Shown here in pieces: positions 9,035-17,620 of a DNA stretch of 64,000 bases. The translations under genes were made by a program, and so were the position numbers. This DNA is from a virus (Duplodnaviria > Caudoviricetes), in IMG/VR virus record IMGVR_UViG_3300044641_006190, positions 1,465-65,464 of that record; one strand, given 5' to 3'. Position 1 is the first letter of the stretch. Every line of letters starts with the position of its first letter. The notes under the pieces were generated by a model. The model was not told where the DNA came from. It did no database searches and saw only the letters and a list, made by a program, of their open reading frames with translations.

Positions 9035-10078
9035 CTATTTGTTGCCGTGCTTTCTCGTCCAGAATTCTACGCATTCGGAGCAAAGCCCCCCGGCCCCCGG
9101 CTCGGGAGAGTGCAGCGAGCCACAGCCGGGACACGTTACTGCATCCCAGGTGTCCCGCTCGTCCTGTTCCCACTCCCACGCGAGCCGAGAAACGCCAGCC
9201 GGGCGATGGCCTCGGCGTTTGCTCTCGATACGAGAGAAAAACGGCGCGGGCCGCTCTTGTTTGGGGAGCGTCCAGCGGCGGGTACCTAGCTGCTGGCATA
9301 TGTCGAGCATCAGGGCCGCGCAGTTATCGAGTTGATCCAGATCAACGTACTCGTGGCTCGTGTGCGGGTTGTGATACCCTGCCGACAAATTGGCCGCACA
9401 GACTCCCGCACCGCGATCAACCAATGCTTCAACATCGGTCATCATGCCGATGGATGGCGCATAGCCTCGCGCTTTTAGTAGTGGTTTCACCGCTGCTCGA
9501 AACTTCGCGCTTTGCAGATCGAGCGAGCCGATGCGATGCACAAAGTCCGTGCTTCCGCGTCTGTCCGCTTGGAGGATTAGCGAGGCGTCCGCGACGTGTG
9601 CAAGGTCGATTTGTCGCGAGCCGTGGCAGCCTACCTCCTCATCCACCATAAACAGCAGCCGGAACGCGGGCAGCCGCTCGGCCACGGCGATGGCCGCAGC
9701 AATGCCACATTTGTCATCGCCCCCAACGCCGATTTGCTGACACTCGTCCGCGTCCATCGCGTAAAGCCTCCGCCCTAATCGGTGCAACGTGAGGCTCCCG
9801 GTGATCTCATGCACCGTGTCGAGATGTGCGACGAGCACGGGCCGTACGTCTGCGGTGCCATGGCTCACAATCACGTTGCCGTGTTCATCTCGCTCAACGT
9901 CCCAGCCGCGAGCGGTGCAGAGATCCGCAACGTTCTGAGCTTGGGCCTCGCAATCGTAGCTCGCGGATTCAACGCGGAAAACAGCTTCTAGGAGGTCGGA
10001 GGAGATGCGGAATGGGGCTTTGGTCTTGTTCTTTTTCATGAATGCTTTCTGGTTTGGTGGTTTAGTTCCGGGGTTCAT
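9035..10078 (-). CDS. M20/M28-family zinc peptidase-like protein
   Basis: AHLDTVH, GGDDKCG, DEEVG, QADRRG, GYHNPH motifs; C-terminal CxxC..CxxC. Confidence 0.85.
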   Translation of the reverse strand: MNPGTKPPNQKAFMKKNKTKAPFRISSDLLEAVFRVESASYDCEAQAQNVADLCTARGWDVERDEHGNVIVSHGTADVRPVLVAHLDTVHEITGSLTLHRLGRRLYAMDADECQQIGVGGDDKCGIAAAIAVAERLPAFRLLFMVDEEVGCHGSRQIDLAHVADASLILQADRRGSTDFVHRIGSLDLQSAKFRAAVKPLLKARGYAPSIGMMTDVEALVDRGAGVCAANLSAGYHNPHTSHEYVDLDQLDNCAALMLDICQQLGTRRWTLPKQERPAPFFSRIESKRRGHRPAGVSRLAWEWEQDERDTWDAVTCPGCGSLHSPEPGAGGLCSECVEFWTRKHGNK

Positions 10079-11385
10079 GCGCGGGAGACGTAGCGATCGT
10101 GCAGGTATATCGTGCCGATCCGCCCGCCTACTTCGACTTCGTAAGCGTCAGCGCGTAGGATGTATTCGTCATCATTGTGACAATACACAACGCGGTCGTC
10201 GTGTGTTGCGTAGTAGTCACCGTCAATGCAGGTCGCGTCGCTCTCGTCGATCCACTCCCCATCGACATCCTGAACCTGCCCGGCATGGTTGTCGTCGCGG
10301 CCGCCGGTCGTGCAGCAGTACCGGTACTCCCAGCTCGAATCTTCGCGAGCGTAAAGTACGTCCCCGTCCTGATATTGGAAGGTGTCGATGTAGGGGAAGA
10401 ATCGGCAGCCTTCGACACTTTTCGCAAGCTCCACCGAAACGCCGCGATGGTAGGCGGAGCCGTCGGGCATGAGCCAAGAGCTGTTTCCGCTCCGGTCGGC
10501 TTCTTTCTTAGCCCATCCCTGCGAAAAAACGTACTCGATCACCGCTTCCCGGATGTGAGGTTGTGCATACAGCCGGTCCACTACCGTCCCAAGTTCCTGC
10601 GTCTCCCAGATCACCGCCCGCGCTACAAATTTCCCGTTTTGCTTGCCTACTAGCAAGCGAGCGCCTGCTCGCTCGTAAAATGCGCCGACAGGTTCCCCCC
10701 ACATGCAAGAGGTGATGCCGTGCGGCGTCGCGTCGCTCCTATCTGCCCCCCAATTCTCCGCGTTATATGCCTCATCGAAGCCCGCCGCCGTGGTGACGAG
10801 GTCCCACGCGATTTTCTCCCCGGCCTCTACGCCGCCGAAGGCTTCAGCGAAGGCCGCGTACTCGTCGTCCTTGAACCGCTCCGGGTGCCTCAAAACGCCG
10901 CGAGCGAATTTCGCGGGCTTGATTTCGACTCGGCCCGCTCGCTCCCATCTGCCATCGGCGGTGATGCCCTGTGTCCTGTTCGCGGGGCAGTAGCTGACAA
11001 GGCCCTCCCGTTCTCGAACTGAGAAGTGATTCCCGAAGGGAGCCACTGAATGAGAGACGCGGGACGACGCCGCAGAAAGCAGCGCCTCGGCCACGCGTGC
11101 CGCCTTCGCGTTCGGACCTGCCGCAATGCGTTGCAGCCAGTCGGAGAGAGTCCCCGACAAGCGAAGCCCCGAAGGGTACGCGGCCTTTCGCTGCGCAATC
11201 GTCGGCGGTTGCCAGTGATTGCGGAAGCTCACGCGGCCGCGTGCGTTGCGAATGTAGGGTATCGCGTACGAGTACCGGCCATCAACCGCCCAGTCTCTAG
11301 CGAGATCCAGCGGGTAATCAGGGGTCAGCCCAAGGCGATGAAACTCGCGAAGATTGCGCTCGATTTTTTGCTCTATTGTTTTCAT
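10075..11385 (-). CDS. Conserved-looking phage hypothetical protein
   Basis: SCM...ARAVIW...DRLY...PYIDTF pattern with an acidic C-terminus; ATGA-coupled to the peptidase. Confidence 0.7.
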   Translation of the reverse strand: MKTIEQKIERNLREFHRLGLTPDYPLDLARDWAVDGRYSYAIPYIRNARGRVSFRNHWQPPTIAQRKAAYPSGLRLSGTLSDWLQRIAAGPNAKAARVAEALLSAASSRVSHSVAPFGNHFSVREREGLVSYCPANRTQGITADGRWERAGRVEIKPAKFARGVLRHPERFKDDEYAAFAEAFGGVEAGEKIAWDLVTTAAGFDEAYNAENWGADRSDATPHGITSCMWGEPVGAFYERAGARLLVGKQNGKFVARAVIWETQELGTVVDRLYAQPHIREAVIEYVFSQGWAKKEADRSGNSSWLMPDGSAYHRGVSVELAKSVEGCRFFPYIDTFQYQDGDVLYAREDSSWEYRYCCTTGGRDDNHAGQVQDVDGEWIDESDATCIDGDYYATHDDRVVYCHNDDEYILRADAYEVEVGGRIGTIYLHDRYVSRA

Positions 11386-11520
11386 GGTGTTCTATTGGTT
11401 TGGTTTGGTTTGTTGTCCGCGCCTTGTGACGCGGTGCCCTATATAACGCCACCCCGCCGCATTTTGCTATCAAAACTTTTCTGCGCCCCCCTTTTCTTTG
11501 TCATCCCTCACCAATCGCAC

Positions 11521-11568
11521 GAGCGCGTGAGCGCGTGAGCGCGTGAGCGCGTGAGCGCGTGAGCGCGA
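11521..11568. repeat. Tandem 8-bp repeat (GAGCGCGT)x5 plus GAGCGCGA
   Basis: Read directly in the divergent intergenic region. Confidence 0.95.
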
Positions 11569-11606
11569 GGCCGCGCCCGGTCGCCCGACCCATGACTCTT
11601 TCCGGC

Positions 11607-11646
11607 AATACGAAAGCCGCTCTGAAAATACGAAAGGTGCTCTGAA
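11607..11646 (+). repeat. Tandem 20-bp direct repeat, operator/iteron-like
   Basis: AATACGAAAGCCGCTCTGAA then AATACGAAAGGTGCTCTGAA; two more copies at 13428 and 13461. Confidence 0.9.
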
Positions 11647-11651
11647 AAATG

Positions 11652-11679
11652 TTGACAGCAAAAATAGCCTATGCAAAAT
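11652..11679 (+). promoter_or_regulatory. Early promoter
   Basis: TTGACA-N16-CAAAAT ahead of the plus-strand small-gene run. Confidence 0.55.
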
Positions 11680-11702
11680 GTCGGTCCCGAAAGGAAACCA
11701 AC

Positions 11703-11825
11703 ATGAGTAAAAAGCACTTCATCCAACTGGCGGACTTCTGCCGGAACCAGAACCCTCACTTCAACCGCGCCCGTTTCATTGACTACATCAATGGCAACTG
11801 CGGACCTTGTGGAGGCAAACGCTAA
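11703..11825 (+). CDS. Small hypothetical protein (40 aa)
   Basis: MSKKHFIQLADFCRNQNPHFNRARFIDYINGNCGPCGGKR, preceded by AAAGGA. Confidence 0.6.
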   Translation: MSKKHFIQLADFCRNQNPHFNRARFIDYINGNCGPCGGKR

Positions 11826-11868
11826 CCACAACCAAAGGGGCCGCGCATCTTACACGCGGACACAACAA

Positions 11869-11943
11869 ATGGAAACCACACACCCGCAAGCCCTGCTTGT
11901 GATCGTCCTCGCCCTCATCTTAGCCGCCCTCCTCAACCCATGA
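11869..11943 (+). CDS. Tiny membrane peptide (24 aa)
   Basis: METTHPQALLVIVLALILAALLNP; ATGA-coupled to the next gene. Confidence 0.4.
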   Translation: METTHPQALLVIVLALILAALLNP

Positions 11944-12167
11944 GCCGACCCCTCGATTTCATCTCCCTGCGCGACCCTCTCACAAACCGCACCACGTCGT
12001 TGGTGATCTACGGACGCCGCCCGGACCAAAACCAGCTTCTCGGAATCAGCGGAGGGCTTTCACATGGCTCCCTGGTGGAACCCAATTCCCACCAGGACGC
12101 CGACAAGCTCATCTACTGGCTCCAAGATTGGAAAACCCGCAACTCGAACAAAAACCAGAACCCATGA
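11940..12167 (+). CDS. Hypothetical protein
   Basis: 75 aa, coupled to neighbours. Confidence 0.6.
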   Translation: MSRPLDFISLRDPLTNRTTSLVIYGRRPDQNQLLGISGGLSHGSLVEPNSHQDADKLIYWLQDWKTRNSNKNQNP

Positions 12168-12790
12168 AAGAGACCGAACTTCAAAAACTAGCGCGACAGC
12201 TCGAAGCAGAAAGACTTGTGCAGATCGGTGGGACAGGCGAAGAATCAGCGCCCGAAGCCGCCCCTGAAAGTGAGCTGTCCAAACCTGACACGAGTAAGGG
12301 CGCGGTGGAAGGCGCAACACCAACTCCAAATGCAGAACAGGCTCAACAGAGTGGCAGTGTCAACCAAGGGCAAGACGGCGAAGCAAATCTCGCTGGAAAT
12401 GCGCCTCAAGGCGTGCCTGCGCAAGCTGCCAAGGGGCTGTCACAGGTGGATCAAGGAAACATCGCCGCAGGTGGAGCTGCTGCCGCTGCGAGCGTGGTGG
12501 ATCAGAAAGCTCACGCGGCAGCAACCTCGCTGAACAACGACCTTCCTCCGCCAAGCGAAGCCCAGAAGCAGGCGGGCAACTACAAGATGGGCCATCTCAA
12601 AGTCGGTGGTGTTGCCATCACCGTCGAGAACCCGGATGGCTCTCAGCGCACATGGAAGAACGAGGACACTGGCGAGGCTGGCCCCAGCACGATCCATGAC
12701 CACTATGGCTACATGAAGAACACTGTCGGCGCTGATGGTGATCACATCGACGTGAACACCAAGACCGGCAGACACCCAAACACACTATGA
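12164..12790 (+). CDS. Protein with a truncated polyvalent-protein-type InPase domain
   Basis: PSEAQKQAGNYKMGH...ITVENPDGSQR...HYGYMKNTVGADGDHIDV, then an abrupt end. Confidence 0.7.
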   Translation: MKETELQKLARQLEAERLVQIGGTGEESAPEAAPESELSKPDTSKGAVEGATPTPNAEQAQQSGSVNQGQDGEANLAGNAPQGVPAQAAKGLSQVDQGNIAAGGAAAAASVVDQKAHAAATSLNNDLPPPSEAQKQAGNYKMGHLKVGGVAITVENPDGSQRTWKNEDTGEAGPSTIHDHYGYMKNTVGADGDHIDVNTKTGRHPNTL

Positions 12791-13233
12791 CCTACCCATA
12801 CCCAACCAACAAAATGGAGGCGCTGGCCTATGCCGCGCACCTCGGCCCCAACCTCGTGGCCATCTACCGTGTGACGCCGGTCCTTGGCGGCATCAACTTC
12901 GCCGCCGTGCCCACGGAGGACTTGCCGGACTTCCTCGGCGGGAACTGGCAGGTAGTCCCACCGCCCAAGGTCACCAACCTGACCCCGGCCCCGGTGATCA
13001 TCGACAACCACGTCTTTCCGCCCTCCGGGCAGGTTGCGAGCGTGCGGAGGCTGTTTCTAGACCACCCGCTGCCGCTGCCGGTGATGATCCAAACCTACGG
13101 CCCCGTGACCGGACTGCCGCCACCCTCGGAAGGTCAGTTCTTCATCGTCAGCGAGGACGTGGCCCGCGCCTCCCACCGTGCCGACTGCCTCTTCCCTGCC
13201 GACCAAACCCTCATCCAACTCCCCGCGCTATGA
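12787..13233 (+). CDS. Hypothetical protein
   Basis: 148 aa, ATGA-coupled. Confidence 0.65.
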   Translation: MTYPYPTNKMEALAYAAHLGPNLVAIYRVTPVLGGINFAAVPTEDLPDFLGGNWQVVPPPKVTNLTPAPVIIDNHVFPPSGQVASVRRLFLDHPLPLPVMIQTYGPVTGLPPPSEGQFFIVSEDVARASHRADCLFPADQTLIQLPAL

Positions 13234-13331
13234 ACTACGACCCCCACGAAGGCATGGGACTGGTGACCCTCGCGGCCGTCTGGACGCTGATCTTGATCAC
13301 CATCTACATCTTGACCAGCTTCCCCCGCTGA
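13230..13331 (+). CDS. Small membrane protein (33 aa)
   Basis: MNYDPHEGMGLVTLAAVWTLILITIYILTSFPR; ATGA-coupled. Confidence 0.45.
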   Translation: MNYDPHEGMGLVTLAAVWTLILITIYILTSFPR

Positions 13332-13346
13332 ACCGCCACCCCTACC

Positions 13347-13371
13347 AAAGGCCGCCCACAAGGCGGCTTTT
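13347..13371 (+). terminator. Intrinsic terminator
   Basis: aaaggccgcc-caca-aggcggctttt. Confidence 0.65.
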
Positions 13372-13421
13372 GCGTGTCCAGGCCCGCACCGCCGATCCCG
13401 ACCCAATGACCCAAAACGAGA

Positions 13422-13481
13422 CCCGCCAATACGAAGGCCGCTCCGAAATCCAGCCCCGCCAATACGAAAGCCGCTCCGAAA
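13422..13481 (+). repeat. Second pair of the AATACGAA...GCTCCGAAA repeat (33-bp period)
   Basis: CCCGCCAATACGAAGGCCGCTCCGAAA and CCCGCCAATACGAAAGCCGCTCCGAAA. Confidence 0.9.
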
Positions 13482-13870
13482 AGTTGGTGATCGGTGACGC
13501 GTCACAGCACCCGGAATCGGAAATCCTCCTGGACCGGGCGTTTGCATACATATCCGTGCCACGGTTCCATAGCCCCCGGCCCCCTATATTTTTTTATTTA
13601 TCGCCATAGAAATAAGGATTCCAGAGTTGTCTGCTGTGACGTTTTGCTAACAATTTCTCGGCTTCGCCTCTAACCCCGTTGGAAATCAAGGCGTTACGCC
13701 AAAGTTGGTGACGTGTGACGCCCTTCCTTTCCCTCAAATCCCCTACCCTTCCATCTCCGATCTCCTACACCACTTTCGGAGCTTTCTTTCACGATGCTTA
13801 ACACATCCTCTATTCTTTTTGCGACTCATTTCTGATTCTCTTCTCACTTTTGCGAAAACCCGAATCCGTC

Positions 13871-13900
13871 TTGACACAGCCCCCTCCTTTTTGCTAACAC
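13871..13900 (+). promoter_or_regulatory. Promoter, probably giving a leaderless mRNA
   Basis: TTGACA...TGcTAACAC, 5 nt before the ATG at 13906. Confidence 0.55.
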
Positions 13901-13905
13901 TCGCC

Positions 13906-14346
13906 ATGCCCTACATCCCGAACCGATTCCTCTCCGCCGATCAGATCGAGCAGCGCCGATTGGCTGACCGCGACCGCCGTTGGCGCAAACGCGGCGTGCC
14001 GAAGCTCCGCGACCCCACCAAACCCTTGGCCGACTCCACCCTGCGCACCCGCGCCTACCGGGCACGTCAAAAAGAGCTGCGCAGCAACCGGCTGGCCGCA
14101 GGTGTCTCACCGGCGTCCCCTGTGACACTCCCACCTGTCCCACGCGTCCCCGTCGAGCCCATCGACCTCCCTCCTTTGGACCCGCGCCTGATCAAGTTGA
14201 AGTCCCTGTCCAAGGCAATCTTGACCAACCACCCGCGCACCCAGACCCCCGAGTTCCTTTTGGCTCTCACGGCGCTGGAAGCTGGAATCTGGAACACTGA
14301 TCTGGAACCGGAACCTTTAATGCCTGCGGTTGTGGACTTGGGATAA
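13906..14346 (+). CDS. Basic hypothetical protein
   Basis: Arg-rich 146-aa ORF directly after a promoter candidate. Confidence 0.55.
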   Translation: MPYIPNRFLSADQIEQRRLADRDRRWRKRGVPKLRDPTKPLADSTLRTRAYRARQKELRSNRLAAGVSPASPVTLPPVPRVPVEPIDLPPLDPRLIKLKSLSKAILTNHPRTQTPEFLLALTALEAGIWNTDLEPEPLMPAVVDLG

Positions 14347-14989
14347 ACCTCCTCAGCCGCTCCGGCACCTCCTCCGGCGAGGGCATCGAGTTCGACTTCC
14401 TCAGATTGTCGCGTTCCCAGATCGGCCGCAGGTTTGAATAGTGGGACAGCTCAAGCACGTCCTCCATGGTTTTGGCGCAGGACAACGGGACAATGTGGTC
14501 AATGTGCCACTTCCCCCGGTTCCCCCACCCCATGCCCTCCGGGAACTGCTTCTCGATGTGCTCCCGCAGCTCGCGCCAGGAGCACCCGATCATGGCGGAG
14601 ACCCCCCGCTGCTTCACCAGTCCGCGCCGCGAGAGGAACTTGCCCAACCGGCACCTGACACGTCCGATGAGCAGGTAGATGGGATCGGTGGCCCGTCTGC
14701 GTCTGGCATACTTGTTCATGGACGCCCTGACCTTGTCGGGGTTGGCCTTTGACCAGCGGCGGCGGTGCTCCTTGTCCCGCTCGGGATTGGCCTCCCGCCA
14801 CGCTTTCCGGTAGTGCCTTGGCTTGTCAGGATTGGCCTCCTTCCATTGCCGGGTCAGCTCCTGGGCAGACTCCCGGAGCCGCTCGAAGTGCTCTGCCGTC
14901 ACCCAGTATTCGAGGCCCCGGCAGGAGTAGTGCCAGAACCTCTTGCCGTCTTCTCGTGTGTCTCCCCTGCGGAACCGTTTGGAGCGCAT
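14267..14989 (-). CDS. Free-standing HNH endonuclease
   Basis: W(K/R)EANP repeats; GMGWGNRGKWHIDHIVPLS...HYSNLRPIWERDNLRKSN. Confidence 0.85.
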   Translation of the reverse strand: MRSKRFRRGDTREDGKRFWHYSCRGLEYWVTAEHFERLRESAQELTRQWKEANPDKPRHYRKAWREANPERDKEHRRRWSKANPDKVRASMNKYARRRRATDPIYLLIGRVRCRLGKFLSRRGLVKQRGVSAMIGCSWRELREHIEKQFPEGMGWGNRGKWHIDHIVPLSCAKTMEDVLELSHYSNLRPIWERDNLRKSNSMPSPEEVPERLRRFIPSPQPQALKVPVPDQCSRFQLPAP

Positions 14990-15051
14990 CTGGAAAGGTT
15001 AACCCAAAACCCGCCTCCCGCGAACAAAATACTTTCCCGGCAAAATAGTTG

Positions 15052-15080
15052 TTGCCATGACTTTCCTTTTTGCTTATACC
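15052..15080 (+). promoter_or_regulatory. Sigma70-like promoter
   Basis: TTGCCA-N17-TATACC. Confidence 0.5.
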
Positions 15081-15116
15081 TCCAACGTCAGTCTAAACCT
15101 AATACCACTAAACACC

Positions 15117-15914
15117 ATGTCCAATATCACCCTACCTCCGGCCGCCGTTGCCACACGCAGCGCCCCCTGTCTCTCCGACCGCTACAACTTCATCTCCTCG
15201 CAGGAGATCGCGGAAGAGTTCGCCAGCAATGACTGGCATCTGGTCGGTGCCTCGCAGTCCCGCTGCCGCAAGCCCGGACGCGACGGCTTCCAGAAGCACC
15301 TCATGCGTTTCGCCCACGCCTCGCAGCTTCACCAGTCCAGCTCCGAGCGCGTCGAGACCGTTGTCTTCAACAGCCACGACGGCGCGAGCAGCCTCCAGAT
15401 CGGCGCGGGCGTGTTCCGCTTCATCTGCGCCAACGGCCTCGTTGTCGCCGACAGCACGGTTGCCACCGTCCGTCTCCCCCACACCTACCTGGAAATGGAC
15501 CGCGTGGTCGAGGCATCTCATTCCATCCTTGGTGCCGCCTCGAAGGTCCGCGACACCATCACGGAGTGGAAGCAGCTCGAAGTCACCAAGGACGAGGCCC
15601 TCCATCTGGCCGAGCAGGGCATCAAGCTGCGCTGGGGCGGCGACCTGCCAGCAGACCAGTATCCGGTCACCCCGACCACGCTCCTCCAGCGCCAGCGTCT
15701 TGATGATTGTCCGCGAGACCTTTGGACGACCTTCAACGTGGTTCAGGAAAATCTGATCCGTGGCGGCGTCCGCGACGCCCTTGCCCGCGTCAATCCGCGC
15801 TCCACCACCAACCGCTTCTTTGGCAGTGTCCGCGGGCTCAAGGCCCTGGATGAATCCCTGCGCGTCAACCGTGGCCTTTGGGATGCCGCCTCCACCATCG
15901 CACTCTCCGCCTGA
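15117..15914 (+). CDS. DUF932/DUF945-family protein
   Basis: LSDRYNFI, KHLMRF, NSHDG, GVFRFICANGLV, DLWTTFNVVQENLIRGG, NRGLW. Confidence 0.85.
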   Translation: MSNITLPPAAVATRSAPCLSDRYNFISSQEIAEEFASNDWHLVGASQSRCRKPGRDGFQKHLMRFAHASQLHQSSSERVETVVFNSHDGASSLQIGAGVFRFICANGLVVADSTVATVRLPHTYLEMDRVVEASHSILGAASKVRDTITEWKQLEVTKDEALHLAEQGIKLRWGGDLPADQYPVTPTTLLQRQRLDDCPRDLWTTFNVVQENLIRGGVRDALARVNPRSTTNRFFGSVRGLKALDESLRVNRGLWDAASTIALSA

Positions 15915-15919
15915 CCCCT

Positions 15920-16123
15920 ATGACCACCGCGTCCTCCGATTCTGCCCACCGTGGCAAAGATGTCCGTGAAGTTATCTCCGAAGTCCAGCGCGTGCTGGAG
16001 CAGATTGGCAATCCAGCCTACTGCCCGCTCGTGGCCGCGCTCTCCCCGAACAACGGCATGGATGTCTGGCCCTCCTTCAACCCCTATGTCCACATCAATG
16101 TCGTCATCCCTGTCGCCGGTTGA
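15920..16123 (+). CDS. Hypothetical protein
   Basis: 67 aa in the early operon. Confidence 0.45.
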   Translation: MTTASSDSAHRGKDVREVISEVQRVLEQIGNPAYCPLVAALSPNNGMDVWPSFNPYVHINVVIPVAG

Positions 16124-16394
16124 GCAGGACGTTAACTGGATTCTGGCTTACGCGCTTCTGGATTCTCTGGCCAGCGACCTGAAAATCCGGCGCAAGCAAG
16201 GATTCTGGGAGCAGCACCCCGATGAGATGGAGGGCAAGGTTGCCTATCCGGTCAACGAGGTGCCGCAGCCAAACGACCTTCTGCGCGAGCTGCGCTCCGC
16301 CTGGTTCACCCGCCTGTGCGACATCATCTTCCACGACACCCGTGGCACCGTCCGTGTGGGACGTTCCGACATCCTGCGACGGGCAAGAGCCTGA
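16098..16394 (+). CDS. Hypothetical protein
   Basis: About 98 aa from an internal ATG; start uncertain. Confidence 0.55.
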   Translation: MSSSLSPVEQDVNWILAYALLDSLASDLKIRRKQGFWEQHPDEMEGKVAYPVNEVPQPNDLLRELRSAWFTRLCDIIFHDTRGTVRVGRSDILRRARA

Positions 16395-16412
16395 TTCGCC
16401 CCCCATACCCAA

Positions 16413-16670
16413 ATGAAACACACCGCATCCATCCACGACCTCATGTTCCACAACCTCTACCCGACCGTTCAGCAGATCGCCAAACGGACGGAGAGCCTCC
16501 TCCAATCACGCCAGCGCCGTGGCATCAAATTCACCCGCTCCGAGGCCATCCAACTGGCCGAGAAGCAGCTCATCTCCGAGCGGATTGCCACCCGCGAACA
16601 CAACCACCGCAAGGCCACCCACACCGCACGCCTCGCCTTCCGCGCAGCCAACGCCATTCCCGCCCGATGA
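16413..16670 (+). CDS. Hypothetical protein
   Basis: 85 aa, coupled to the next gene. Confidence 0.6.
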   Translation: MKHTASIHDLMFHNLYPTVQQIAKRTESLLQSRQRRGIKFTRSEAIQLAEKQLISERIATREHNHRKATHTARLAFRAANAIPAR

Positions 16671-16969
16671 GCACGCCCTTCCCCGAAATCCACGAGTTCG
16701 AGTCCGCCATGTCCGCCCTTGAGCAGATTCAAGAGCTGGCCGTCACCCAGCGCCAGCGCGTTGACGACGCCAGCCTCCGGCTTGGCCGCGCCATCCGCAA
16801 ACAGATGCGCGACAAACAAATCCGCTACCGGCCCTTGCAGAAGATTCTCAAAACCAGCCCCTCCCTCATGTCGCAGAAGCTCCTTGGCTTCACCGCCTTT
16901 GTCTCGGTCACCGAGGCAACAGCTTATGCCGACGCAGTCCACCACCTCTCCAACCAGAAAAACCCATGA
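16667..16969 (+). CDS. Hypothetical protein, possible HTH
   Basis: MSTPFPEIHEF...IRYRPLQKILKTSPSLMSQKLLG; ATGA-coupled on both sides. Confidence 0.6.
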   Translation: MSTPFPEIHEFESAMSALEQIQELAVTQRQRVDDASLRLGRAIRKQMRDKQIRYRPLQKILKTSPSLMSQKLLGFTAFVSVTEATAYADAVHHLSNQKNP

Positions 16970-17202
16970 GTTTCCCCACAGCACCCCCAAAAGATGACCT
17001 CCCCGGCTTCGGCCTGTCCCTTGCCATGGAGCACCTGAAAACCGAGATGACTTTCTTTGTCATCATCGGCAGCAAGACCGGTCACCCGGACGACATGACC
17101 TACGTCGAGGCCCATGTCCCGGACAACCGCATGCTGGAGCACTTCTGCGACCAGTTCTCCGCCGTGTGCCAGAAGATCAACTCAACCGGAAGCCTGGACT
17201 AA
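16966..17202 (+). CDS. Hypothetical protein
   Basis: 78 aa, coupled. Confidence 0.6.
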   Translation: MSFPTAPPKDDLPGFGLSLAMEHLKTEMTFFVIIGSKTGHPDDMTYVEAHVPDNRMLEHFCDQFSAVCQKINSTGSLD

Positions 17203-17206
17203 GATC

Positions 17207-17575
17207 ATGCCGCTCGCCGATTTTGAAGCAGCCTGGGAGAGACGCCGGAGGGAGCCCGCCCCGCTTGCCCCACGCCCATTGACAGTGGCGATCGACTTCG
17301 ACCACACATGGACAGCCGACCCGCACGGATGGCGGGACTGGTATGACTTCATGCTGGCGCGTGGGCATGTCGTGATCCTCGCAACCGGCCGGAGCGGCTG
17401 GAGCGAGGACATGGGAAGGGCGCACCTTCCTGCGCACATGCCAATCGTGTATTGCGGGCGTGAACTCAAAGAGCACGCGACACGAAAGGCGGGCTGGAAC
17501 GTGGACATCTGGATCGACGACATGCCCGGAATGATTCAACACTGCCACGTTCTTGACGACCAGGAGGTTCTGTAA
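17207..17575 (+). CDS. HAD-superfamily phosphatase-like protein
   Basis: AIDFDHT, LATGR, K, IWIDDMP motifs. Confidence 0.8.
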   Translation: MPLADFEAAWERRRREPAPLAPRPLTVAIDFDHTWTADPHGWRDWYDFMLARGHVVILATGRSGWSEDMGRAHLPAHMPIVYCGRELKEHATRKAGWNVDIWIDDMPGMIQHCHVLDDQEVL

Positions 17576-17620
17576 TCTTTGTGCCATAAAGATCAAACCA
17601 ACACCAACTATCTGAACTCT

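Noticed and set aside
11521-13481. Repeats as a CRISPR array
   Set aside because: No run of unique equal-length spacers and no cas operon; the Cas4-like gene is a typical phage exonuclease.
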